A stretch of 64,000 nt of DNA from Harriotta raleighana (taxonomy: Eukaryota), in the NCBI GenBank assembly GCA_050575255.1, contig JBNZDD010013689.1:2026031-2090030 (forward strand), given 5' to 3'. The position numbers were made by a program, and so were the translations under genes. The notes beneath the pieces are model-generated. The model was not told where the DNA came from. It searched no databases and worked only from the letters and a program-made list of their open reading frames with translations. Positions 37,548 to 51,446 of this stretch are shown one piece after another. Position 1 is the first letter of the stretch, and the number at the start of each line of letters is the position of its first letter.

Positions 37548-37906
37548 CTTGTGCCGCATTCCTCCAGATTCCCTAATGAATGTCCAGTTCATCCCATTCA
37601 TGCTGTGAGCCAATTTAAACCTCCGCACAAAGGCCTTGTTTTCTGTTCCCGTGCCACCATCACCCACGGACAGTCCTCTTGCCCCCTGGATAATGATCGC
37701 CCGGACAAGTTTGGGAATCAGCAAATCCACCTGGAGCCATTCCGTGCCAGCCGGAGGGTTAGGTGTTCTGGGATACCAGCCCAAGCGGCTGGCAACAAGT
37801 CGGGCACTGCCTGGTGTCCAGTGGAAATCCCTTGTGGAGGATGCAGTGATCTGGGAATCGGAGATGAGGCCCGAGAGCATTCCAAGTGTGTCAGAGCAAG
37901 GTCCTT
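37548..37906 (-). CDS. NRP2: Neuropilin-2 exon 9 (b2 domain)
   Basis: gcacag|AA and AAG|gtggg junctions; 359 nt; GPCSDTLGMLSGLISDSQITASS...EWLQVDL...IIIQGARG...AFVRRFKLAHSMNGMNW...RHK. Confidence 0.96.
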
Positions 37907-38814
37907 CTGTGCACAGGGACAAAATCAGTAACATGAGAACAGGGTCCCCTTTAACCAGGAGATCAATTCTCTAAGGTTTGAGACAAAACACCCTTTCAGC
38001 ACAATACTGGGGAGAGTGGAGAAACATACCACTCATCTAAAGTGACCTTTCCTTTTAATATACAACCCAACTATAAAATGTGAACCAATTTTCCTATATA
38101 CAATACTAATGCATTCAATCCCCAGCCAAATCGCACCCAGGTACAAATTTCACAATTCTAATCCCATTTGTCATTTCTATTACCACAGTTTTGAGTAAAT
38201 TATGAATAGGGCTGTGGGATAGAATAACTTGAAAGTGCTTTCTTTCTTTTTGCAGCTAATTTTTCTCTCCTTTTCTCCTACTGTCTGCTCGAGGCAGTGT
38301 GACTCAAGCCGGCACACAGAACCACAAGTGCCCTTCATCCCAATGACTGATGTTCACCACTATATGGAGACGTGAGGCAAATGGTAGCGCTCTCCATTGC
38401 TCTGCTGTTTGGAATAGACTTAACTCCTGGCCAAACATCCCCCAATGAATTTGGTCATTGTGGAAATGGCTCTGTGTAAATTGACTTGTCAGGTTTACCC
38501 ACAAACCACACAGTCACTTTACAAAATATTCGGTAGAGAGCTTTGGGCTGCCCTGATGATGTCTATGGGCTTTACCAAATGTAAGANACTTTACAGAATA
38601 TTCTGTAGAGAGCTTTGGGCTGCCCTGATGATGTCTATGGGCTTTACTAAATGTAAGGATTTATTACGATTACAATTACTTGGGATCTCTTGCCCTGAAT
38701 GACAAAGGATACCAAACAGTGCAGTTTACTCCATAAGCAATTTTTTAAACCGGTTTCAATAGATGTCAGAATCTGAGTGAAATCCTCGACTGACCATTCA
38801 ATGCATTTGCAACA

Positions 38815-39160
38815 ACAACAAATTACAGTTCATTTCTAAGGTGTATTTCATGTTTTCAGAATGTCGCAAAATACTGGGATTTGGACTCGAGCCAGTGGTT
38901 GGGATTTGGAGCGGTGGAGGACAGGAAGGGTAGGGGTAGGAAGGTGACCAAAGGAGCGATTGAAGAGGAGCGTCTTGAGTCATGGCTTGAAGGAGCAGCA
39001 AGGGAAGGAGGAAGGTGAAAAGATTGTGGCATGGAGTTCCAAAGGGTGGGGCACAGGCTGAAGGCCTCAGGGCTGATGGTGGGGTGAGCTAGGTGGGGGA
39101 CGTAGCCTGCTGAGCGGAGGGAGTGGGCGGATTGATATGGCATTAGCACCCACAGAGGTG
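38815..39160 (-). mobile_element. L2 LINE 3' fragment
   Basis: PYQSAHSLRSAG...AFS..PTLWNSMP peptide and (TGT)n tail. Confidence 0.65.
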
Positions 39161-39291
39161 GGAAAGTGAAAGAGCAAGCAAGCCATCGAGAGCTTTGAAG
39201 GTGCTTTGTTTACGTGGGAGTTTGGGGATTTTGACTGAAGCAGCAGCGGACAGTGAAGAGATGGGGGTGGTGGTGGGAAGAAATGCAGTAC

Positions 39292-39436
39292 CTGTGATTT
39301 GACAGCCATAGACCTCGAATCGCAATGATATTCCGTTGTGCCATTCCTGAGGCTTGATCCGAACAAAGCGACCCAGGACTGGTGGAGTCAGTGTGTTGAG
39401 GACCACCTCGTTGCCATCCGAGTTGGCTGAAAATAT
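39292..39436 (-). CDS. NRP2: Neuropilin-2 exon 8 (b1 domain end)
   Basis: ttgcag|ATA and G|gtact junctions; 145 nt; IFSANSDGNEVVLNTLTPPVLGRFVRIKPQEWHNGISLRFEVYGCQIT. Confidence 0.96.
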
Positions 39437-40719
39437 CTGCAAGAGACGGATTTGTGAATTGCTCGTGTGTACCGAAAGGGCCATTCAACAGCAACTTGCT
39501 TTTACATAGTGCCCCTCACACAGAGTGATGTGTCAAAGAGTGCTTCAGTCAACCAAACTCACTCAGTTACCACCACCATGCAAAACCTGCCCCATTGTGG
39601 ACTTCACCCCATATCACCTCCTGGGGCACTGATCTCCCAACTGGTTAAAAACCACTAGGTGGAGTCTAGCCCATGCTCAATAAATACAAGAAGCAGGAGC
39701 GATATTCACCACAGTTTAAACAATACCATTTATGAGCACTCTAGGACACCACCCTGCGTGACGGGCACTAATAAATGCAAGTTATAGTTGTTATTTTGAT
39801 TTCCAGACACATGAAATACCTTGTGTATCTGGCTTTGTTTGATACCACAGTTGTATCACTCCTTCTCGGCTTTTTCATCATGTGCAAGAGTGCTCCATCT
39901 ACTAGTGATCGACTAGAGGTTTGGTGTCCACTGTCCTAGGGCAAAAGCTTGCCTAGAAACTCACTGGCTCGTTTGTCGGTCAACATTCTTACTTTCAGAC
40001 ACTGTCCACTACTGAAACCTTCTCTCCTTCCCTCAACAGATTAAATTTATCCCAAGCACAGAAACCATTGTAGCCCATGAAACATTCACTCTAGGTCTGA
40101 ACTTCCCTCTGTTTCGCCCAACACTGTTCTCAGTTGGATATTTGCTCAGTTCTTTTACAAAAGTTTAAATAGTTTCTGATAGTTTGGGAAGTGTGATGTT
40201 ACAATTGCTCTCTCAATGACAATAACTTGCTCTTTTCGAGGGACCGGGGAGGTGAGTGGGGAGGCTGGTGGGGGGAGTATGGCCCAGGATCCGTGAGTGA
40301 GTGGCGGATACAAATGATGCTGCACTGGAACAAGTGCTGACAAGATCACATCCCCTGATAATATGCCTTTGTCTATCAGTCGCACCCCCCAGAGGACTAG
40401 TAATGAAGTGAGCAGGAGCAGTGAAGTGTGCAGTGTGCAGGCTGTGCTGGTCCTGACTCCATTGCTCATTTCACCTCACGTAATGAATAAAGGGAAGCCA
40501 GAAATCCAATACTGCCAGCAAGAGCCAAGCGATGCTCTAGGCAAAGTTGAGCAACAGAAATCAGCCAGAAGGGACCACAGTGATAGCTGGCCTCTGTGTT
40601 CCAGATGGACTACAGTGTCTGCTTACTGTGACCTGCTGCAAACAACTGGTTTTATATTGTAATCAGTTTTATAAAACAGCACATTAATCACCACAAGACT
40701 ATCTTCGAAAATGATTCAT

Positions 40720-41075
40720 TTCGCAGTGTTATAGTGAGGGACAATAAGAGGATGATACGTATGCTCTCTCCATTAGTAAGAGTCATAAATAAGATGCTTT
40801 ATAGCGAACATTTTCAGTGAAACTCTTGCTATATCAGAGAGTACTAAAGTAATAGGCATCTATTATTAAAGTATTGACTTTCATCTTACTGTATTCTATT
40901 GGTCTGTTACATGAGTGTTACAGTAAGGGGTTTGTTATATCAGAGTGTTACAATCAGCTACGAGTGTTACAATGAGGAGTGTGTTACATCAGAGTGTTAT
41001 AGAGAGGGGTCTTTTATACGAGTGTTACAGTGAAGAGTATGTTATATCAGAGGATTACAGTCTGGGTGTGTTACA
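40720..41075. repeat. Degenerate minisatellite (about 30-35 bp unit gagtgttacagtgaggggtgtgttatatca)
   Basis: Repeated agagtgttac/gttatatcag motifs, several diverged copies. Confidence 0.7.
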
Positions 41076-44000
41076 CGTTCTCATTGATGTCTGACGGAAT
41101 GTTGTAAAGAGCTTGAATCTCACTAAATAAGAAAACTGCGGGCAGTTTGGATTTGCATTTTTCTGCAACGCTGAAAAAAAGCTATTTCTCCTCTTCAGCG
41201 ACCACTAATAGAATTCAACCTCACAATTACAGACTGAGACGGTTGGTTGTATAATCTTAGGATGCCTCGGAAATACAGTACATCCGAATGAATCAGTCCT
41301 CTCTCAACAGATTCAACAACTCTTGAAAATCACTTACTGGTCATGTTATCAACATGGAGACAGACAGTCAGCAATAAACAAACGGAAAGAACAAAAGCAT
41401 TCTGTAAAAATGTTGCACGTTGCTGAACAAAGGTGTGATGATGGCAGCTTTTGTTCTTCGGAAGGGCAGACAAATAAATTAATTCCTTCTTCACAAAGTG
41501 GTTCTCATAGAGAGACTCGCTCTCCCCCATGGTAGACATCGCAGCTTGGGAAACCATTTGGCCCATTGAGCGCAAACTGGTTCTGGCTCAAACATGAGAG
41601 CAACTACTAAAATCCCAATCTTCTGCCCATCCTTTACTTTGCTGATCCCCTTCCCCCAGTAAAAAAAAAACAAGAGGGGTCCTTATAATGAGTCAACACC
41701 AACATGTACATAGGCTAAATGTCTCTAAATGAGTGCAGTGAATACTTGAAAGCAGAAAAAGAGAACTGTTGATCTGATCACAACAGGCTCTCTTAAAAAG
41801 GGGAAACCAGTGATCTGATTATGACACTGTTTCTCTCTTATAAAGGAGGCCTGGTAATGAGAGTCAATCACTGAACAGTGAAACAAATTTCTCAACTGAA
41901 CAGCCGAACGCTGACAGATGATTTGCTGCAATGCGTTTCACCAGTGGGAAGTCTGCAGTGTCAACCGGTAAGTTTTATTTTCACTGGAGTGAATTATAAC
42001 TGTGGATTGGTGGGGGTGTGAAGGGGGTTGGGGGAGGGGCGGGAGAGAAGGGAGGGAGGGAGGGGAGGGGAGGGAGGAGTAGGGAGGGAGGGAGGAAGGG
42101 GAAGAAACCAAAAGGACTGAGGAATTATCGTCAGTGCCCCGCAGTACAAAAGGCCAGCTCTACTTTGAAGATGTAGTTAATTCAGATTGAATTGCCGTGC
42201 CCCAAGTGCATGTAAATGGGCTAATTATGTATTTGAAGGTTGCTGGAACTGATGAATTTTAGCTACACTTCTAACCTTTACAGCACAGTACCCCTGGGAC
42301 CAGAAGAATTCCAAGACATCTGCTCGAACATTACTCTTATTCAATCTGTAACAGAGCTGTAGTTACATTGCTGTAAAACAGTGTGAGGAGATTTACCGCC
42401 TTCTCTTTTTGTTTAAGATATTTATTACAATGTCACACAGTGGAATTTTCCTGACCTATTCGCCCGCACTCCAGCGTCCACTCCCTGTGCTGTTGCCTGC
42501 AGCTGGACTCCACGTTACTGCGAAAAAACCTACTCTCCACCTGGAATGCTCCGAGAATTCCCGGCGTTTTATGTGGGAGGGGAACACGAGTTCGGCTCCA
42601 ACATTGCAAGCGATTATGTAACGCAAAGCTGTCAACCTATCACCAACCACCATCATTTCCCCTCCTCCACCCAGCCCCCGCCCCAGCACAAAGAAATGTT
42701 CTTGTTCCCCAGATAAAGAAACTCTTCCCCTCTTCCACCCTCACTGCCCCTGCTTAAAGGAGTTATCGTTGCTGCCCCAACCCTCCTATATAAATACAAG
42801 AACGCAACAACTCGCATTTATATAGCCCCCTTCAAGCAAGATAGCATCCTGGAGATCTTCAATAGAGGTTTATTCCCCCCCACCCACCACCCCCAATAAC
42901 GAGAAGCTGTATCTAATGTGCACAGAAAATCTACCTTACGAGTGTACACACAAAGTCTACCTTGAGAGTACAAGCTGACAAGAAAATTTAACAGTAGTGA
43001 CACACCAGGAACATAAAGTGCAATGGGATCACGTGATTGAAATTGTGGTGGCTTAATTGTTGGGCCCAGGGGAATAAGGTAACTTGTACAGATTACAAAT
43101 ACACTAATCGCTTTAATGCTCAGAAGTGATGGGCCTCATCTACCCGATTTGAGTGCGATGCAAACCCCATTCCTTACAAGCCTTGGAACCTGCAATGTTT
43201 GCCTCAATACAGAGGTAAGGAAACTCCCTTCGGCAGAGTGAAATCAATTTATCTGTCAACACCAATACTCTCAACCTGCCGGCCAGACGTTACATCTCAA
43301 GGACCTTCAGTCTCCCGGGGGCACCAGGGCAGAGGCACAAGGCAGAAAAGGCAAAATGTTTCCCCCCAGAGGATCTGAAGCATGTCGTCCCCGAACGCTG
43401 ATTGCTCTAAATATCATTACATGTCATGGCTGCCCGCCTGCCCCCTGATGTAACATTAGTTGTTTACAGCCCCAGTAAGGGGCCAGACCCTTTGTGATGC
43501 TCCTTAATTCATGGGACATGGCAGCTGTCAGGTTCCACTTCCCCCTCTCCCCAATGGAATTACTCTACATCAGGAAAGTCCTGCACGAATCAGGGACAAA
43601 GCCTGTCCATCGATTTTGGACAGGCTGTTAATGCTTAGTTTAGTTTTCTTTTACTCAAAACAATCCGTGCAGCTGCAAAGAATGGACAGCGATTCTGCCA
43701 AACTTTGTGAGGCTGGTGCCCATTTTTACAACGTGATGATGTACAAGGTTGAGGACAGTGCATCAGCGAAAGTGCAGAACTGCATTAATCGACATTAACA
43801 GATCTCAAGCTGAGATCAGAGGCTGCCCTCCCCAGAGTGGCAAGTGTGTGGATGTGTGACAGTCACGTGTAGGTGCTGATTTATTCCATCAAACTAGTCG
43901 TGGATTAACTATGTGGTTGGGAATATAATCACGGTTGCTTGAGAATAAACCAGGTAGTGAGTGCTTTGGCACCTTGCCTTCCACCTCGGGGATTTTGGCT

Positions 44001-44569
44001 TTCAATTTATCCCTAATAGATGGGATGAAGGTCTTCTCTATCTGTTGGCTGCAATAATAATCATTCTACTTTCAAGTTAGCACCTTATCACGTCTTTGAG
44101 ATGTCTCAAAGCGCTTCACCAAATATATGCCATCAAGTGAATTGACTGTATATTTTGCGAGTGAAAAGCAGCGGCAGCAAATTGCGCACAGCGGTGTCCC
44201 ACAAACTGTTTTTGGTGAGGGTATTGCATGAAATGAATTGTCCAGTTTAAAACTGCGTTATATTGGTCATTTTTGCACGGCAAGATGGCTGGTGTGCTTA
44301 ATGGACAACGTCAGACTTCTCCAGGTGGAGGTGGGGAGGAAGGCCTTGCCAAATGTAAATTATGGAGGCAGAGTAAAGGAGGCTTTACTGTCAGCCCAAC
44401 CATTCTGTGCTTGAAATCGACAGCTCTTTTCACCCTTAGCGTTCAGGTTTCTCATCTCAAGGAGCACAAACATCTACCCAAAGCATGGATAGGTGTCAGG
44501 GATTACAGTCCGGTCTGCCTTTCGTTTCTTGGCTCTCCCAATTCCAATATTGAGACCAGAGCAATTAAA

Positions 44570-44870
44570 ACCACAGAAATTTTTAGCACAGAAGAAGAAC
44601 ATTTGTTGCATCGTTCCTGTGTTGGCTCTTTGAAAGTGGTCCATTAAGTCCCATTTAGCTGCTTTTCCCTTTCACCCCTGCAAATTACTTTTTAAAAAAT
44701 ATATATTTTTAAGATATCAATGCATCTCGTTCCTTGCTGAACAGCTGATTCTGCTTTGACCACTATTCCCGGCAGAGCATTCCACATCCTCTGTGTAAAA
44801 TAATTCCTCCTAATCTCCCCCTTTGGTGATGATATAAAATGATTGCCCTCTAGTCACAGATTATCAAAAG
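44570..44870 (-). mobile_element. CR1-type LINE 3' fragment
   Basis: ggcagagcattccacatcct...tgtgtaaaataattcctcct...gccctctagt is the reverse of the CR1 TRG/FF/WN.LP C-terminal motifs. Confidence 0.55.
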
Positions 44871-45439
44871 CCAGATATCTTTCACACATTTGGGTCTTAG
44901 TGTAAACCATGGGAGACAATCCAAATCTTTCTTCAGCATAAATTCTGATTCAGGAAACAAGAGCAGTCTCGGGCAGTGAGTGGCAGCATCGGTGAAGGTA
45001 ATGCGAACAAAAGACACTCGTAGCAAGAATCTTGGCAAAGAGTGATTCTCAAAACTGGCACTGGGTAGAAAGTGCTTTGTTTTAAAAGCAGGAAATTATC
45101 AACTGACTCGCAGAGAGGAAGGAGAGACTGCAACCAAAGAAGTAGAGGCTTTCTTCACAGATGACTCTTAAACCCACCCTGGGATAGAAACTTGCATGGC
45201 AATTTTTTTACTAAAAAAAACAGTGGTGAAAACACTTTCCAATTCCAATGCTCCCCTTCTCCCTCCACAACCATATGCCTCTCAGAGCCAACACATTTGC
45301 TCAATGGAGAGTAGTTTCAAAGAGAACTCTATTCCCAGCAGTATGAACAAACTGTTAAATAAAACGAACAGTTTTAATGAAGTGCATCCCACTCATCATT
45401 GTTTACAGCTTTGCTGAGATGTTGTTAAAAAAGATTTTT

Positions 45440-45830
45440 TTCACCTCCTCTCCTGGAGGCACTGACCTATGATGGGAAATGGGTCCCCAGGTATATGCTG
45501 TCTTCCTGTACCTTACTCAAGTGGCCATTCCTCATACAACTGTTGACAGGGTAGTCAGTAGTGAGGGCCTTCAGGGCATCCTACCTTAATCACGACATTC
45601 AACCACATACACACTAACCAGCTGGAAGAAGGGGAGCACTAGACAGTGATCAAGAGTGGAAACCCTGGTTGAGATATCAAATCCCACAGACCAAGGGCAC
45701 TGAGGACAGCTGCAGTGATCCCTATTGTATGAGAATATCACTGGTGGTCAGGGCATTAACCCTGTGAATATCTGTACATGCGCTGTTCCACATTAACTAA
45801 TGACTTCACACACTCGGTTATCAGAGGTGG
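45440..45830 (-). mobile_element. Degenerate LF-SINE-like element; similar fragments near 21280-21500, 50085-50250, 62790-63060
   Basis: gtaccttactcaagtggccatt...gtgatcaagagtggaaaccctgg...gggcactgagg resembles the recalled LF-SINE consensus; recognised by eye only. Confidence 0.45.
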
Positions 45831-48800
45831 GAACCATAGAGTAAAAGATTTTAGCCCCCGAATCGCATAGACTCAAGAGGTTAATCGTTCGCTTTAAATT
45901 TGGCGCATTGCCCCTTTAACCAATGTATGCCACTCGCTTCCTCTCCCAGCGATTCTCAGTAATTCAAACACTCATCCTTCATCCCTGTTGCGCATACTTA
46001 AAGAGTTTCACAAAAAGATTTATCACGTCCCAAGTGTTTAGTCTGAAAGCTGTGGGCCATGAGTGTCAAGAGTTGATCTTGTTTCCACTCCCCACCCCCA
46101 GCGAGAACTATTCTGGCACTGAGCCACCTGGACCAATGCTGAGCATCTCCATTAGTGAGATTGCAATCTATTAACTAAAGTCAACTGTACATTCCTTTTC
46201 TCATAAGCGTAGCTCAGCTACGTCCATCGGAAAGTCACGAGCGAGAGAGGAAGAGAGGGGGAGGGATTCAGTTAAGAGCAGAGCCTAAACATACCACTGA
46301 TGTGCTCCACTAACAACAATAACAACATTACATATTTATATAGCGCCTTTCACGTTGGGAGGACGTCCCACCACTATCCTTCCCAAGTCGGACGTTGGCC
46401 ACAGACTTCAACAAGATTTTTTTTTACTGCCAATAGAAATCTTCACGCAATACTATCACAGGATCTTCCCCAGGCTTCCCGTAAAGTCGAACAACAGAAG
46501 CCCTGGGAAGAAGTGAATAAGGGAAGGAATGAGGAAGAAAGACACAGCATAAATGAGAGGGAGTGTGAAAGGTAAAGGTATCAATAGTCATACCACATAG
46601 ACAGCATAGAATAAATTTCAGCACACCAAAGATTTGGGGGGTGATGGGGTGGGTGGAGGTACTGGGGCGGAATTGAAATAAAAGTGTACGTCCAGCATCT
46701 GTTTAAAGCTGGTGTCACTTCTCATAACCCCACATATGGCAGTCTCTTACTATCACCCAGTTAATACTCGCACATTATTGCCCTCGGAACATTCCTGACT
46801 TTAGTTCTAACGAGTTTAAGAGCTGCTTTTGGTGTGTGTGTGAGGCCATTGTGAGAGTAGATTGTAGTCCTGTGTGGCCCCGTACGTTGGAAACTGTAAA
46901 AACATGGATGGTAGGAATCTGGAAAAAAAGTGGATGCATGAAAGAGTATGCAAAGATGTTTGGGGAAAGCATGCAAGGGGCAGGAATAAGAGGAGAAGCA
47001 AGCCCAGTCATGCCAACGAGGTCCAGGAATTTCCGCTCGCCCAGACTTCTACTGCCATCTTTGTAAACTGTATAATGTAACAGAATGACCAGCAATTGAA
47101 ACTTCCCGTATATCTTATGAGACTGAAATAAAGTAGCCAGGCAGCTTCTCCCTCTGCCAATGCACTATAGGCCAATGACTTTTTCATAAAGATAGTGCCC
47201 CTTTAAGGATATTCAATAAGGCTTTACAGCCTCGTCTGGCTCGTTGGAAAAGTATAGTTAGAGACTTGATACCTTCCTATAGGTACGCTTATCACTTATG
47301 TCTAGATCTCACATTACTCCCCCCTTGTATTGTGATCTTCTCACTTCCTCAGCATCAGTCCTTTGGTACACTACCCTTTAATTCACAACTGTTGAAATGA
47401 TCATGGAGACGATTTACAATTCAGGCAGGTTTATCTCGTCCAGGGGAGTTTTCGTAAGCAATCTGTCAGCCAGCAACTTGGATGTTCTGAGGTTGCAACT
47501 ATTATGTTGGGAATGGGGAGTCAGCCCTGATGCATCGAGAGTTTACAGGTCAGAGATCCTTAAGATTCCCGCAGGGAAAAGTTACATTGGAAAAGTGAGT
47601 GGGAGGATAGGTCATTTAAAAATAAGTCTAATATTGCAGGAGCATTCCAACAACAACAACTTACATTTATACAGTGTCCTTCAGGTTAAGTGACACCTGA
47701 GTGTTTCACAATGTCAGGGATAGATGTTGAGCAGGCAAGAGGACCCTTCAGCATCTAGGGGTAGGTTTCAAGGCAACATCTCAAGGCAGATGGGTGAGGG
47801 CGGGAGTTGGAGAGTGCACAGCAAGATGGAGAATAGACGTTCAGGAGACTATGAGTTGGAAATGTCTATGAAGGGTACAGAATGAGCAGCTGGTGGGTGT
47901 TGTGTGGAGAAATAAACACTAGTGTGAATTTGGTTAATCAAATGGCCCTTCTCTCTGTATTGTAATATTCTATATTTCTATCCTGTGACTATTCTGCTTT
48001 AAAACCCCTTCAACCTCTTGACTATTGATGTGATCAGCGTTCTTTGTTTGAAGTGAAAACAATATTAATAAATAGACTCCTGCTTTGGGGCAGAGAAAGG
48101 GGTGACAAAAGGACCTAGTTTGTCCTAGTTCTTGATCAACCCCTGCCCACAAAACATACAGTTGCTACACTTCACAGTAAATTGAAGCGCTTTTGAGTCG
48201 CCTCACCTACGTGAAAGATGCTATTTCAGTACCTTGGGATATCCTCCTGATGTGAAAGGCACTTTACAAATGTAATTTTTCTTGTTGTTCTACCAAGCGT
48301 ACACATCGCAAATTGTTTGTCCTTTGACTGAAACTGCTTCCAGTGATCTTCACCCTGGAAAGGTGACTGGGACAGAGAGATCCCAGATCAGATTACAGCA
48401 ATCAAAATACAGTAGTAAAAAAAGAATGAAAAACTAATGACGGTGATCTTTTGTCTAGACAAGGTGGAATTCTTTGGACAAATATAGCTCCCTGAATAGT
48501 TCCACAGCACATTTGTGGAATGTGAAATGCAATACTTTGTGGTGAATCTAAATCCGCTCCCTTCCTCGGGTTCTTGCTGACAGAACTAATCCTTGCAACA
48601 ATGTCACTTTCCAGAGAGCATTCTCTTCTTTCTCTCCCCCACCCACCCCTCCTCCCCCCAATCTACGCTCACCACTGAGAAAGCTAGTGAAAAGAAGCAA
48701 AGGTTATACTGTTGTGTTGGGGACGTTTGAAGGCAAAGGATTGAGTTGGAGCAGTGAAGAATGATCTTTGGTATATCTGATCTGAAAATGTCAACAACCC

Positions 48801-49159
48801 AGGTACAAAAGCACAGAAAAAGTCTTTCATCGATGATGTTTTCCCAAATGAGCAAGCACAAAATTCACACAAAACTCTGAAGGTGGAAAAGACTGAGACA
48901 ATGAACATGTACCGAGCACCAAAAATAGTCATTTTACCTTCATTCATGATGGCATTTCTCATCACAAAGAGGCAACTGTGAGCATGCTACATTTATAAAA
49001 CAGCAGAGCTGGTAAAACAGCAGAGCCCAGTGATTCACGAGATCACAATGAGAGAGAGAGAGATTCAGCCAAAAAAAAGCCCTTGGGAGCCAATTCGATC
49101 TTGTCCCTCCAGAAACTGTACCCTAGGGTCCTCCCTTCCAATATGGCAACACTCCTTAC

Positions 49160-49315
49160 CTTGTGATTCTTCCCTTGCCGGTAGGTCATCCAGTCCTCTC
49201 CGTTGGTGCTCACTTCCAGCCTGTACGTTTTGACGTAGTAAATTTTATCAGTGTCCACGGAAACGGCACCCTGAGTGGCAATGCCGGTTAGAGTCTTCAA
49301 AAATCCAAAATCCAC
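49160..49315 (-). CDS. NRP2: Neuropilin-2 exon 7 (b1 domain)
   Basis: tgcag|GTG and AAG|gtaag junctions; 156 nt; VDFGFLKTLTGIATQGAVSVDTDKIYYVKTYRLEVSTNGEDWMTYRQGKNHK. Confidence 0.96.
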
Positions 49316-49539
49316 CTGCAGGAAAGGGGAGAGAGAGAGTGAGTGGGGAAAAACACTTCAAAATAAGAAAAAAAAATGGAAAGCCATTATATTATAACCT
49401 ATAGTTTTTATTGAAATTTAAGGTCAGACGATTTAACGGGTAGGAGAAGGAGTGAGGAGGGAAAGGCGGCTGGCGAAATTGATCTCGCCACGTTTTCACA
49501 TTCAGGTCACTAACAAACGTAACTGCACCTTAACTGAAG

Positions 49540-49970
49540 ATAATTATCAAGCTTACATTTGATAAGAGGGTCTCATCATGTCAGCATAACCCATCAAAGC
49601 ACATTACAGGGTCTACTGTAAAGTGTAACAACTGTGTATTTTGTAAGTGAACACGGAAGGTAATTTGCACACAACAATATCCCACAAACGGCCGCAAGGT
49701 GAATGATTAATTTTGTATGGGGGATTGTTGGCCAGGATAACGGGAGAAATTCATGTGTCTTCACGAATCGCGCCATGGGATCGTTTAAATCCACATGTTC
49801 AGGCAGGTGGGACCTCAGTTTAAAATCTCATTCAAGAAACAGCATCTTTGACACTGTCACATCCCCAACAATATTACACTGGAGCATCAGCCTAGAATAT
49901 AGAAGTCCTGATGTGGGGCATATAAACTACAGACTCGCAAGTGCTACCAATTAAGCCAAGGTGACACCTT
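49540..49970 (-). mobile_element. Deu-domain SINE copy
   Basis: gttggccagga..acgggagaa...gccatgggatc.ttta..tccac...gggacctcagtttaa..tctcat...cactggag..tcagcctaga. Confidence 0.65.
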
Positions 49971-51276
49971 GAGTGTGATCAAAGCAACACTGATAGCAGC
50001 CTGTCAACTCCTCTTCTCATCAAGTCTGTAGTAACTTCACACTGAACTTTACATCAACACCAATTGCGCATGTTAATAGGAGATCTCTAGCTGGAACCTG
50101 GGTAGATATTTCTTCCCTAACCCAGGGCCAATTGTAACACTACAGATTTACACATGTACACAGCCCCGGTTGATATCAGTTACCTCAGCACAGATCAAAC
50201 TTATAAATTTCTGCTCTGTGTCTTTGAGCACTTCAACCATCAGGGGCATGGATGTTATTTGTAACGACAGTGTACTGACACATAAATGAAAGCTAACTTC
50301 TTATTCCCCAAGTCCCACACGTGTCCTTCACTTCCATAGGAAACTTGCCAATGGAACAGTGGCTAAACGCGATGCAGCAGGAAGAAATTTAGTAAAAGAG
50401 GTCCCATTTGGTACCATTTATGTCCACGTTGCACATTACCATTCCTAATCCATTCAGGCCAGAGGTCCCTGAGGACAGCTTGCTCTCCCTGAGGGTACCC
50501 AGTGAAGTGCAGCCCCACCTGGTAAAGATATAGCACTGGTGGAGTTGGTGGGGGGCAAAGGAAGAGTGACTGGAGTCGGGAGAGAGAGAAGGGAAGAATA
50601 AAGGAAGGAAGCTTGAAGCGTTCACCTACAAAATATACAGTCGCCACATTTCACAGTATATCCTGTGAAGTGTTTTTGGGAAATCCTCGCAATGCGAAAG
50701 GCGCTATATCAAATTATCATTGAATGAATGGAAGCTGCTGGGACCTGCCTGCCTGACGCAACAACAGTCTTTGGCCCAGGACGTTATTAATGAGGAGAAA
50801 ATCAATAGGAGAGCAAATTTATCTGTGCAATTTGGTCACTTTAAAAGCTACCATCAATCTCACACCAGTTGGAGCAAGGCCCACTGTCTGGCATTATTGA
50901 GCGGCTAATGAAAGTGGATCAATGTTAATTCAGATCCAGTTTTGCAGCTAAAAATATCCCAGGATCCTCGAGCTTCCCTCCCAAGCCAGACGGAAATTCC
51001 GGACATTTTATTAGGATAATGTGACTAACCCTTGGCCTTTCTCAATACTGAAAGTCAACAGTTCAAATTTGTGATGGTTCATTCCCAGAATATTTGACAT
51101 TAGAGATGTCTTAATGTGCTGTTTGTTACAGTAGGATTGTGGACTAACAAGACTGGGCTCTCCTGCCAAGCAATTCCCCATACGGCAGGTTCCTGGCACA
51201 AGGAATTAAGAGCATCCGAAGCATGTAAGAATCATTTCAGACTTTTGGTTCCAGCTCCTGATTCCAGTTCATGTAC

Positions 51277-51446
51277 CTGAATCCATTCCTTGGAACTGTC
51301 TTCGTTGGGTGTCCAGCCGTTGGTTGGATAGTTAAGCCGTGCCTGGTGTGGTTCCCAGCTTCCCATCGTATATGAGGATAAGGCAGTGATCTGCATATTG
51401 CTGATCTCCCGAGACTCCATTCCCAATGGAGCATTGCACTGATAGG
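51277..51446 (-). CDS. NRP2: Neuropilin-2 exon 6 (F5/8 type C b1 domain, first part)
   Basis: ttctag|CC and CAG|gtaca junctions; 170 nt; YQCNAPLGMESREISNMQITALSSYTMGSWEPHQARLNYPTNGWTPNEDSSKEWIQ. Confidence 0.96.
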
